NCBI GenBank assembly: GCA_011049425.1
Contig: DSBM01000125.1
Span: 1,553-65,552 of the forward strand
Reading direction: 5' to 3'
From: Candidatus Aminicenantes bacterium
GTDB taxonomy: Bacteria; Acidobacteriota; Aminicenantia; UBA2199
Length of the DNA stretch: 64,000 nt
Below are positions 10,325 to 19,018 of this stretch, one piece after another. The translations under genes were made by a program, and so were the position numbers. The notes below the pieces were generated by a model. It made no database searches. It was not told the DNA's origin and saw only the letters and a program-made list of their open reading frames with translations. Position 1 is the stretch's first letter; each line of letters opens with the position of its first letter.

Positions 10325-10996
10325 ATGAAACGCATAATGATTGTTTGGCTGAGTGTGTTGTTGGCCGCTTCAATGGGATTGTCGGCCCAAAGCCTGAACC
10401 TGAAAGCCGGGGTGTTTATCCCCTTCATGGAATCGGATCTCTGGGATATCAACCGGGCCAACCTGGAGTTCGAAAAAGCGGATATGGTGGACCTGTATTA
10501 CGGACTGGAATACGAATGGCTCATGAGCGAACGGTTCTCACTCTCTTTTGAAGGGGGAATCTACAAGAAGGAAAAGCGGAGCTACTACCGTGACTTTGAG
10601 TTTAGTGACGGCTCTCTGATTCCCCAGAATGTTTCGTTGAGAATCACCTCCCTGGAAGCCACCGTCAAACTCTACCCCATCGGGCGCCGTCGTGCCCTTT
10701 ACCCCTTCCTTGCTCTCGGCGGCGGTCTATACGCCTGGAAATACGAGCAATGGGGGAATTTTATCGACAACCAGGATTACAGCGTCTACGAAGGGTATGC
10801 CGACGCGTCGAAATTCAGTCCCGGATTCACCGGTAAAGCCGGTATGGTTCTGCGGCTTGGGCGCAATTCAGGCATCTCCCTGGAAGCCCGATACCTTTAT
10901 CTCAAGGCCGAGTTGGGTGAGTTGTTCGAAGGCTTCGAAGATCTGGACATGCGCGGACTGTCAATCAACGCGGGGATCCATTTCTTTCTCTGGTGA
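10325..10996 (+). CDS. Outer-membrane beta-barrel protein (OmpA/OmpW-like)
   Basis: Signal peptide, alternating amphipathic strands (PFLALGGG, LEARY), aromatic C-terminus GIHFFLW. Confidence 0.8.
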   Translation: MKRIMIVWLSVLLAASMGLSAQSLNLKAGVFIPFMESDLWDINRANLEFEKADMVDLYYGLEYEWLMSERFSLSFEGGIYKKEKRSYYRDFEFSDGSLIPQNVSLRITSLEATVKLYPIGRRRALYPFLALGGGLYAWKYEQWGNFIDNQDYSVYEGYADASKFSPGFTGKAGMVLRLGRNSGISLEARYLYLKAELGELFEGFEDLDMRGLSINAGIHFFLW

Positions 10997-10997
10997 T

Positions 10998-11498
10998 TCA
11001 GCCGGAATGGACGTCAAGTCCCAGTCGTTTCATTTCTTTTGCCAGGCCGGCGGCATTCAAGTTGCGCCATTGAATAAAGATATTTCGCTGCCCGTTCTCT
11101 TCGCCTGCAAATTCCAGGATAACGGTGACGGCATCGGGTAATTTCTGGTAGCGAGGTCCCAGGTATTGGGCCCATTCCACTACCTGGATTGCTTCCCCGA
11201 GTTCATCGTCGATTTCCGGCATGCGTCCGCCCGCAACCGCTTCCAAGCGGTACAGGTCGTAATGGAGCAACCGCAATCCGTCGGCAAGATCGTGAACATT
11301 CATCAAGGAAAAAGTCGGGCTGACGATGTCGCCCGGATCTCCTCCCAGCCCGGCGTACAGGCCCTGGACAAAACGAGTCTTGCCAACGCCCAGTCCGCCA
11401 TGAACCAGGATCAGCTCTTTGCCGATCAGGACTCCGCCCAGGGCGTTCCCCCAGAGCCGGGTTTCAGCGCTCGATCGTGAAAGGCCCCGGATCATCAT
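10998..11498 (-). CDS. tsaE: tRNA t6A biosynthesis ATPase TsaE
   Basis: GGLGVGKT, SPTFSL, HYDLYRL, VVEW; follows nnr as usual. Start trimmed to ATG 11498. Confidence 0.9.
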   Translation of the reverse strand: MMIRGLSRSSAETRLWGNALGGVLIGKELILVHGGLGVGKTRFVQGLYAGLGGDPGDIVSPTFSLMNVHDLADGLRLLHYDLYRLEAVAGGRMPEIDDELGEAIQVVEWAQYLGPRYQKLPDAVTVILEFAGEENGQRNIFIQWRNLNAAGLAKEMKRLGLDVHSG

Positions 11499-13023
11499 GA
11501 ATTCCCTTAATGGCCGCGGGCAATTCATCCAGCAGGTCACCCGCCGTCATGCCGATCTCTCCCATGCGTGCGGCGGCCAGGTCTCCGGCCTTTCCGTGAA
11601 GGTAAACCGCGGCGGCGCAAATCTCGTCCAACGGGCAATGACTGCGCGCCCGGGCCACCTGGGCCGCAATGAATCCGGTTAATACGTCCCCGCTCCCGGC
11701 AGTAGCCATTCCGGGATTACCGGTTGCGTTCACCCACACACGACCCTGGGGTGAAGCCACCACCGTGTGATGACCTTTCAAAACCACGACAATCTTGTTT
11801 TCCATGGCCACTGCACGGGCCGCCCGCCAACGGTCCGCCAGAATTTTTTCGGCCGGCCAACCGGTCAAGCGTGAGAACTCTCCGGGATGGGGAGTGATCA
11901 CCACCGGAGCGGATGCATCGCGCAAACGCGGCAGGTTCCCGGCCAATGCATTCAAGGCATCCGCATCCAGGATCAAGGGCACTTTTGACACGCTCAACAA
12001 GCGGTTCAGCATTTCCGGAATCGGGTTATCCACTCCCAGCCCGGGACCGACAGCGATGGCATCGAAGCCTTGCAGCACGGCCGCCAGGTCATCGGCTTGC
12101 CGCCAGTAGAGGGTCATGATTTCCGGATTCCGAAGTGCTGCCGACGGACTGTTCTGGGGCAAGGCAAGGGTGCTCAGCCCCGCGCCTCCGCGCAGGGCCG
12201 CATACGCGCAGAGAAATCCGGCACCGGGTTTGTCTACTGAACCGGCAATCGAAAGCACATGCCCGAAATCTTTCTTGTGGGCCCCGGGTGTGCGCGGCGC
12301 CGCCAAGGGATAAGCCAACTCCGGCGTCGTGATCATTAACGAATCCCCCACTCCCGCTTCAGCCATGGTGGGAATCCCGATATCCACTACGCGGATGCGC
12401 CCGCATTGGGAATTTCCATCCGGATAAAGGTGCGCCACTTTCAAGGCATGAAAAGTAGCCGTACATGCGGCATGCACGCAGAGTCCTTTCCCGGGAAGCA
12501 CACTTTCGCATAGACCGGAGGGAACATCCACTGCGGCAACGGGTAAACCCGAGGCATTGATTGCCTGGATCGCCTGCGCCAGTGGACCCTCGATAACCGG
12601 GCGATCGATACCGATGCCCAGCAAGGCGTCCACTATAAAAGTCCGTTCCCGGGGCATTTGCGCAAACAACCGCGACAACGCTTCCTTTCCCGGCAATATG
12701 TGTACCGGTATACCCAGGGATGTCATTAATGCGTATTGCCGCGCTGAATCGGCACGCAATGCAGTTGGTTCCGCCATGAGGCAAACAACCGTGGAGACAT
12801 TCCAATCCGCCAGGATCCGGGCCACGGCCATTCCGTCTCCGCCGTTGTTGCCCCTTCCCGCCAAGACCACAGCATGGCTGAAGCGTGCAGCCGGGAAACA
12901 CTCCCGGAACCAGCGCGCCGCTCCCCGGGAAGCGTTCTCCATCAAAACCAGGGAGGGGATACCGATCTTTTCAATGGCCCGGGAATCGATTTCCCGCATC
13001 CATTGGGCGGTCAACAATTTCAC
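11464..13023 (-). CDS. nnr: Bifunctional NAD(P)H-hydrate epimerase/dehydratase
   Basis: LMENA, GRGNNGGDG, DALLGIG, AVDVPSG, GPGLG, DADAL, TPHPGE, MATAGSGDVLTG. Confidence 0.95.
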   Translation of the reverse strand: MKLLTAQWMREIDSRAIEKIGIPSLVLMENASRGAARWFRECFPAARFSHAVVLAGRGNNGGDGMAVARILADWNVSTVVCLMAEPTALRADSARQYALMTSLGIPVHILPGKEALSRLFAQMPRERTFIVDALLGIGIDRPVIEGPLAQAIQAINASGLPVAAVDVPSGLCESVLPGKGLCVHAACTATFHALKVAHLYPDGNSQCGRIRVVDIGIPTMAEAGVGDSLMITTPELAYPLAAPRTPGAHKKDFGHVLSIAGSVDKPGAGFLCAYAALRGGAGLSTLALPQNSPSAALRNPEIMTLYWRQADDLAAVLQGFDAIAVGPGLGVDNPIPEMLNRLLSVSKVPLILDADALNALAGNLPRLRDASAPVVITPHPGEFSRLTGWPAEKILADRWRAARAVAMENKIVVVLKGHHTVVASPQGRVWVNATGNPGMATAGSGDVLTGFIAAQVARARSHCPLDEICAAAVYLHGKAGDLAAARMGEIGMTAGDLLDELPAAIKGIHDDPGPFTIER

Positions 13024-15194
13024 TTTTTGGTCCCGCCCTTCTTTTTATCCGGCTTTTTTGTTTGCTTTTTTTCTTTTTCCGACAAGTCATCCAGTTTGGA
13101 AGCCAGAATACCGCCGAAACCGCCATCGTCCTGGTACGCGACCTCTTTCTTTTCCTTGGGAACCTCAACCGGCTTTTTCTCAAGCACTTCTTCCTTGAGC
13201 TTTTCCAGTTGGATTTCCTCTTCGATCTCATCCATGTCCAGGGTTTCCTCTTCAGGAACCGGTGCCTTTTCCACTCGCTTTTTGGGCTTGGGTGTTTTCT
13301 CCTCTTCTTCAGTGCGACGCCGGCGACGAGTCGTTTCCGCCTCCGCCTCCTTTGGTTCGGCAACCACGGGCGGCACTTCAACAGCCTGCAGCCGTTCTCC
13401 CAGTTTCTCGATGCGGATGCGACGCATGCGCTCTTCTTTTATGCGCATCTCTTCTTCGCGGCGGCGACGCCGTTCTTCACGCAACAAACGGATCTCTTCT
13501 TCGCGGCTGCTCTCTTCCCCGGCTTGCGTATCAGCGGCCGAAACCACCTCTGCTTCGACCTCCACTTCCGCCTTCTCTTCAATTTCATGAACCTCCAACA
13601 GGCGTTCACGTTCCTCTGTTTCGGGCTGACCAATGGAATCAGAATCCAGGTAGAAAACACCGGGGACCTTCTCAGAAGAGACAAATTCCGGATTGGCCAG
13701 CAGGATGTCTTCCACGGTACGGAGACATACCGGATAGATGAGATCCAAAACATGGTACAAACGCAGGGTGTGGATCTCGTAATTGCGTTCACGGAGACCG
13801 AATACCAGGAAGACCCGCTGCACCAAGTCGTTCATGGAATCGGCTTCGCGGAAATCTTCGATATGTTCGTGCACAATGCGAAACACCTCTGATTCCAGGA
13901 ACATGGTTTTGTTGGCAAACACCGGCGAAGCCACTTTTTCTTCCGTAACCCGGAACGTGCCTTTATCCGGATCGTACTCCACGCGATCAGAGACCGTACC
14001 TTTCTTGGTGGTTCGCACCTCGAACTGAAAACGATCTTCGCCAACCTGCTCCAGGGTCAGACTCAGGGCCTGAAGGGCGCGAATGCCCTCAAAGTAATCC
14101 TTGAACCCCATGATCAACTGGTCATCCGGATAGTAATAGAGAGTGAGTTCCTTTTTGGTGCCGACTTCATGGGCCGTGAGTTCAATCGATTCCCCAAATT
14201 GAAACGTCCCGGGCTTGACACGCAACGCCCCTGAAGCCACTTCACGCTGGGTCAGGTAAAAACGGTTGGGTTCCGGAAACAACTCCGCATTCAATTTTCG
14301 CCGTAACAACGTCAATCCCTTGCGGTTGGGCAGGTGAACCTCTTTTTCCAAAGGATTAAACAAGCTGATTAAAGAATCTTTGCGCAAATGGTAGATAACG
14401 GAAATCAAGTTCCAGCGTCCCCAACCCGTCATGCTGGTCTGATGAAAATCGATCTTGAAATCCCGCATCATGCGGAAATTCAAGGCAAAACAATAGGCGG
14501 AAAAAGCGGGGTCTTTGGGTTTGATTTTGACAAAATTCTCCACCAGAAACTCCGTACTTTCCGATTTTTTGTTTTCACGAAGAAATTCACGAATATGGCT
14601 GAATACGCTGTCGTCGATTTTCTTCAGGTTCTCCTCAAGCAACAATCTCTCCGAGATAAAGGCCACTCCCTGGATGCGGCTCAACGCGCTGACCACTTTT
14701 TTGCGCAAGCGATTGAAATCACGTTCCACCAGGGGTTGCTGCTTGAGACGCGGGTCTTGCTCTTCTTCCAGATACCGGGTTTTGCAAATGGGGCGAGCCT
14801 GCTTATGCGGCAACAGCAAATCGATTTTCTGTCGTTCCAGGTATTGGGTGTACCCGAGAAAATCCGAAGTACCGTCGTATTCCAGCCGTATCTCATGGCG
14901 CCCCAGGTTCTGGCGCACTTCCACCACCTTTAACACAACGCCGTGATCCATTTCAATGAAACGCTTGGCCCCGGTCGGCAGTTTGCCGGAGTATTCTTTA
15001 AAGATCAGGTCGCCTTCCCGGTATTCACAACCGGGATCGAAGATCTTGACCCGATTTTTGCGCAAATGCCTGGTTTTAACCAGCGCCAGGTGGTATACCA
15101 GTTCATCCAGTTCCTGAGGGATTTCCTTGCCCTTTAAATAGGAGCGGATCACCTCAACATCTGGATCTTCAATATTCAGGTTGACTTCCACCAT
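13020..15194 (-). CDS. Large hypothetical protein with globular N-terminal part and a highly charged C-terminal tail
   Basis: About 724 aa ORF with SD AAGGAG before ATG 15194; stop overlaps the nnr start; Glu/Arg/Lys-rich last ~200 aa. Confidence 0.75.
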   Translation of the reverse strand: MVEVNLNIEDPDVEVIRSYLKGKEIPQELDELVYHLALVKTRHLRKNRVKIFDPGCEYREGDLIFKEYSGKLPTGAKRFIEMDHGVVLKVVEVRQNLGRHEIRLEYDGTSDFLGYTQYLERQKIDLLLPHKQARPICKTRYLEEEQDPRLKQQPLVERDFNRLRKKVVSALSRIQGVAFISERLLLEENLKKIDDSVFSHIREFLRENKKSESTEFLVENFVKIKPKDPAFSAYCFALNFRMMRDFKIDFHQTSMTGWGRWNLISVIYHLRKDSLISLFNPLEKEVHLPNRKGLTLLRRKLNAELFPEPNRFYLTQREVASGALRVKPGTFQFGESIELTAHEVGTKKELTLYYYPDDQLIMGFKDYFEGIRALQALSLTLEQVGEDRFQFEVRTTKKGTVSDRVEYDPDKGTFRVTEEKVASPVFANKTMFLESEVFRIVHEHIEDFREADSMNDLVQRVFLVFGLRERNYEIHTLRLYHVLDLIYPVCLRTVEDILLANPEFVSSEKVPGVFYLDSDSIGQPETEERERLLEVHEIEEKAEVEVEAEVVSAADTQAGEESSREEEIRLLREERRRRREEEMRIKEERMRRIRIEKLGERLQAVEVPPVVAEPKEAEAETTRRRRRTEEEEKTPKPKKRVEKAPVPEEETLDMDEIEEEIQLEKLKEEVLEKKPVEVPKEKKEVAYQDDGGFGGILASKLDDLSEKEKKQTKKPDKKKGGTKK

Positions 15195-15222
15195 TCTCTC
15201 CTTGTATCGCAATGAACTGGTT

Positions 15223-16182
15223 TCATGACTCCCCTCCAGCCACGATACGTGTGCCGGACCTCCCGATCATTGCCGCTTTCAGTTTCTCTGCTGAAGTGAT
15301 CAACACTTCCCGGCCTCCCGCCTCAATGTACTCCATGGCGGCCTTGATCTTGGGCGCCATTGAGCCGGCCGGGAATTGCCCGGCCTCCAGCATGGCCCGG
15401 GCCCGGGACAGGCTCATGACACGTACCGGCTTGGCTTCCGGAGTTCCGAAATTTTCATACACACGGTCCACGCCGGTAAGGATCACGAAAAGGTCAACCC
15501 CTTCTTCTCGAGCGATCAAAGAAGCGGCGAAATCTTTGTCGATTACCGCTTCCACTCCCTCCAGATAGCCCGAGCCGTTGATATGAACCGGAATACCGCC
15601 CCCGCCGGCGCTGATGACGATGACGCCGTTGTCAAGCAGGGTACGAATGGCGCGTTTGGGAACGATATCGATGGGATGCGGCGAAGGCACAACGCGCCTG
15701 AAACCCCTTCCGGCATCTTCCACCATCTCCCAACGATTTTCTCTTCTCAACTGCCGAGCGCGAAAATCCGGGTAAAACGGACCGATGGGTTTGGTGGGAC
15801 GGGAAAAGGCGGGATCATTGCGATCCACCACCACCTGGGTCAGCATCGTAACCACTTCTTTGTCGATCGATCGTTTGCGCAGCTCGTTGATCAATGCCCG
15901 CTCCAGCAAGTACCCCATACTGCCCTCAGTCATGGCATCACAGATATCAATGGGCATGGGCGGAGTAATATTGGCCCCGGCTTCCATCTGCAACAGAATG
16001 TTGCCCACCTGTGGTCCGTTGCCGTGAACGATCACCAACTCGTACCCTTTGCGCACGATTTCCGCCATCAGGGCGGCTGCGTTACGGGCATTGCGGTATT
16101 GTTCGCTGGCGGTTCCCCGGCTGCCCGCGGGCAACATGGCGTTGCCGCCGAATGCTACAAGCGCTGTTCGTTTTTTCATCAC
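15223..16182 (-). CDS. arcC: Carbamate kinase
   Basis: AFGGNA, HGNGPQVG, PTKPIGPFY, EDAGRGFRRVVPSP, GGGGIPV, EAVIDKD, GSMAPK. Confidence 0.95.
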   Translation of the reverse strand: MMKKRTALVAFGGNAMLPAGSRGTASEQYRNARNAAALMAEIVRKGYELVIVHGNGPQVGNILLQMEAGANITPPMPIDICDAMTEGSMGYLLERALINELRKRSIDKEVVTMLTQVVVDRNDPAFSRPTKPIGPFYPDFRARQLRRENRWEMVEDAGRGFRRVVPSPHPIDIVPKRAIRTLLDNGVIVISAGGGGIPVHINGSGYLEGVEAVIDKDFAASLIAREEGVDLFVILTGVDRVYENFGTPEAKPVRVMSLSRARAMLEAGQFPAGSMAPKIKAAMEYIEAGGREVLITSAEKLKAAMIGRSGTRIVAGGES

Positions 16183-16237
16183 CGTGCGGAACGGCCTGCC
16201 GAAACATTACCCGGCAGACCGTTAATTAACCGCGCTC

Positions 16238-17557
16238 CTATTTCCGAAATTTTTTTTGCAGAATGTCTGCAAGTGTGGGCTTGCCGATCTCATCCAGCTC
16301 GTATGTAACTCGAACCATGGGTTTATTGATGGTGATGACCCGTCCCAGATCAATGGGTGTGCCGATGATCACCAGATCACAGTCCACGGCATTGATCGTG
16401 GCCTCCAGATCCTTTATCTGCTTGTCACCGTATCCCATGGCCGGCAGCAGTTCTTCGCCGATTTCCGGATATTTGGCGTAGGTTTTTTCGATCTCGCCGA
16501 CCGCAAACGGACGCGGATTCACCAACTCCTCAGCTCCGAATTTGTATGCAGCCACGACTCCCGCACCATAGGTCATCTCGCCATGGGTCAGGGTAGGCCC
16601 GTCTTCCACAACCAGGACCCGCTTGCCGCGGATCTTTTCGGAATCATCAACGAAAACCGGGGAAGCAGCGTCCACGACAACCGCACCGGGATTGAACTCG
16701 CGGATATTTTCGCGAACCTCAAGGATACCATCCAGATCAGCGGTATCAATCTTGTTGATGACAATCACGTCGGCGCGACGCAGGTTGACTTCGCCCGGAT
16801 AATAAGAAACTTCGTGACCGGGACGATGGGGATCCACCACCACAATCTCCAGGTCTGAATGGTAGAAAGGGAAATCGTTGTTGCCGCCGTCCCACAATAT
16901 GATGTCTGCTTCTTTTTCCGCTTCGCGCAAGATGGCTTCATAATCGACGCCGGCATATATCACCGTACCACTGGCGATATGGGGCTCGTATTCTTCCATC
17001 TCTTCAATTGTACACTCGTGCTTTTTTAAATCTTCAAGCGAAGCAAAACGCTGCACCCGCTGTTTAACCAGGTCGCCATAAGGCATGGGGTGACGGATAG
17101 CCGCCACTTTCAGCCCCATCTCCTGGAGCACCGCGGATACCCGGCGGGTTGTCTGGCTCTTGCCGCAACCGGTTCGAACGGCACAGATCGAAACCACGGG
17201 CTTGGAACTCTTTACCATGGTTTCACCGGGACCGAGCAAGATGAAATTGGCGCCCGTCATATTTACCTGGGCGGAACGACTCATCACATACTCGTAGGGC
17301 AGGTCGCTGTATGAGAAATACACGTCCTGAATACCGTGATCACGGATCAGGTTTTCCAGTTCAGTCTCAGGATGGATGGGAATGCCGTTTGGATATTGTT
17401 CCTTTCCCGCCAGCTCAGCCGGATACTTTTTGTCATCGATCCCTGGAATCTGCGTGGCGGTAAAGGCCACTACCTCGATATCCTTGCGATGGCGGAAAAA
17501 CGTGTTGAAATTGTGAAAATCCCGTCCAGCCGCACCCATAATAAGGGCTTTGCGCAT
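16238..17557 (-). CDS. arcE: Arginine synthetase ArcE-like P-loop protein (usually annotated cyclic 2,3-diphosphoglycerate synthase-like / GTPase)
   Basis: GAAGRDFHNFN, AFTATQIP, AVRTGCGKSQT, RHPMPYGDL, WDGGNND, EDGPTLTHG, LPAMGY; sits directly upstream of arcC. Confidence 0.8.
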   Translation of the reverse strand: MRKALIMGAAGRDFHNFNTFFRHRKDIEVVAFTATQIPGIDDKKYPAELAGKEQYPNGIPIHPETELENLIRDHGIQDVYFSYSDLPYEYVMSRSAQVNMTGANFILLGPGETMVKSSKPVVSICAVRTGCGKSQTTRRVSAVLQEMGLKVAAIRHPMPYGDLVKQRVQRFASLEDLKKHECTIEEMEEYEPHIASGTVIYAGVDYEAILREAEKEADIILWDGGNNDFPFYHSDLEIVVVDPHRPGHEVSYYPGEVNLRRADVIVINKIDTADLDGILEVRENIREFNPGAVVVDAASPVFVDDSEKIRGKRVLVVEDGPTLTHGEMTYGAGVVAAYKFGAEELVNPRPFAVGEIEKTYAKYPEIGEELLPAMGYGDKQIKDLEATINAVDCDLVIIGTPIDLGRVITINKPMVRVTYELDEIGKPTLADILQKKFRK

Positions 17558-17612
17558 ATTTTCCTCCTCTAGTTGGAATTAGAATTTACAACTTTCCCGT
17601 CAGAGTCTTTTC

Positions 17613-17641
17613 AGTATACTGAACTACATGGTCCAAGTCAA
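17613..17641 (-). promoter_or_regulatory. sigma70-type promoter for the arcE-arcC operon
   Basis: TTGACT-17 nt-TATACT; SD GAGGAGG before ATG 17557. Confidence 0.7.
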
Positions 17642-17809
17642 CCACCGGCGGCGAAGACCCTCTGGTATCAGCGGGTCCGGAGTTTAAACAAACAATCAGA
17701 CAAGAGAACGGCACTGCTTTTAAAATCGCTTGCGTCCGCTTACGCGTATCCCCACGGTCTGCAACATGTCATTCATCCGTTTTAATCCATTCAATATAGA
17801 AGAGAACGG

Positions 17810-18859
17810 TCAGGCCTTTTTGTCTTTCGTGGAAACATCGCGGGAAAATCGGCACGCGGGATATCGCGAACAGCCCAGAAAACGTCCGTAGCGGCCCTTG
17901 CGCTCACGCAAGGGACTTCCGCACTCGGGACAGACCATCTCCGCGGGCATTTGCGCCTCGTTGACACTCAAGTCCAAAGTAAAACGGCAGCCGGGAAATG
18001 CCGTGCAACCCAAAAACTCTCCGTACCGGCCCTTGCGGCGTACCAGTGGTGCGCCGCATTCCGGACAGCTGTCGCACAAGTCGCCGGCCGGTTCCGATAC
18101 CCCGACAGCGAGTGACGGACCGGCGACTGCCGGGCAATCCGGACTGTAGCCGCACCAGCGACACAAGGCCGAAGGCCGGGGCGGAAATTCCTTTGCCTGC
18201 CGGATCACATCTATGGCCTCCACCAACTGTTGTTTTGTGTTATCCGCCTGGGCGCGAAAAAACAAAGTCGTTTTTGTCACTTGTTCACGCAGGTCCTCGA
18301 AACACAATTCCACGGCTTCATCCGTGGTCAGCGTCAAAGCAAACAGTGCGTACGCAGGCAATTGCAGGGAGTCGAAGGGATCGCCGGTACGGCCGGTCTT
18401 GTAATCGATCACGCGCAGACAACCATTCTCCTGGCGGGCAATGCGGTCCACCACACCGCGGAAAGCGATATCTGGAGAAAGATGCAACTGAAAGTTTTTT
18501 TCCAGCCCCAGGCTGAAACGCCGGTCATTGCCCATGACCCGTCTCTGATAGGCAAGCAGCATGTCGTGGCCGGCCTGGAAATACTCATGCAGAGATACCT
18601 CTTGCCGGACAATATGCAGGCGCTGGAGATCCGCTTGCTCCCACAACTCACGGTATTTTGCCTCCAATACGGCTGCCGGAACGGAGGCGGGCCCATCTGT
18701 GGCCGCATACGCCTGAAAGAGGACCCCGTGCATCACCCGGCCCATGTGGGTTTCCACCGTAACAAAAGCCTCAGGGCGCTTCTCCAGGTAACGGAAACGG
18801 AAAGCCATCGGGCAATTGTTGAACGTGGCAATGGCGGAGTAGCTGAATGTATCGATCAC
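17810..18859 (-). CDS. PD-(D/E)XK nuclease (Cas4/AddB-like) with two C-terminal topoisomerase-type C4 zinc ribbons
   Basis: SYS...CP, RGVVDRI, VIDYKTG, QLPAYA, CRWC..SPDC; then CPECG...FLGC...C twice. GTG 18859 has an SD (GGAGA); alternative start 18886. Confidence 0.85.
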   Translation of the reverse strand: MIDTFSYSAIATFNNCPMAFRFRYLEKRPEAFVTVETHMGRVMHGVLFQAYAATDGPASVPAAVLEAKYRELWEQADLQRLHIVRQEVSLHEYFQAGHDMLLAYQRRVMGNDRRFSLGLEKNFQLHLSPDIAFRGVVDRIARQENGCLRVIDYKTGRTGDPFDSLQLPAYALFALTLTTDEAVELCFEDLREQVTKTTLFFRAQADNTKQQLVEAIDVIRQAKEFPPRPSALCRWCGYSPDCPAVAGPSLAVGVSEPAGDLCDSCPECGAPLVRRKGRYGEFLGCTAFPGCRFTLDLSVNEAQMPAEMVCPECGSPLRERKGRYGRFLGCSRYPACRFSRDVSTKDKKA

Positions 18860-19018
18860 GGTATCTCCGAAAGGATTGTACCCCACGAATGGACGGAATC
18901 AAACGCCCCAACGATTCGCTGGGACAAACGCCTGAAAAATAAGGGCGTTTATACCATAATGTATAATGAAACCTTATGCTTTCGAAATGATATCAACTGC
19001 TCAGATCGGGAGGTCGGC

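Noticed and set aside
12557-13892. Long plus-strand ORFs (213, 238 and 335 aa)
   Set aside because: Antisense shadows of nnr and the charged tail of the orphan gene; Ser/Phe-rich mirror composition and no motifs.
17702-17809. 10-bp direct repeat AAGAGAACGG about 98 bp apart, next to the Cas4-like nuclease
   Set aside because: Only two short copies with no repeat-spacer periodicity; not a CRISPR array and compatible with chance.
18230-19018. N-terminal 263 aa of the listed 764-aa ORF
   Set aside because: Antisense to the nuclease gene; the SD and signal peptide place the real start at 19019.
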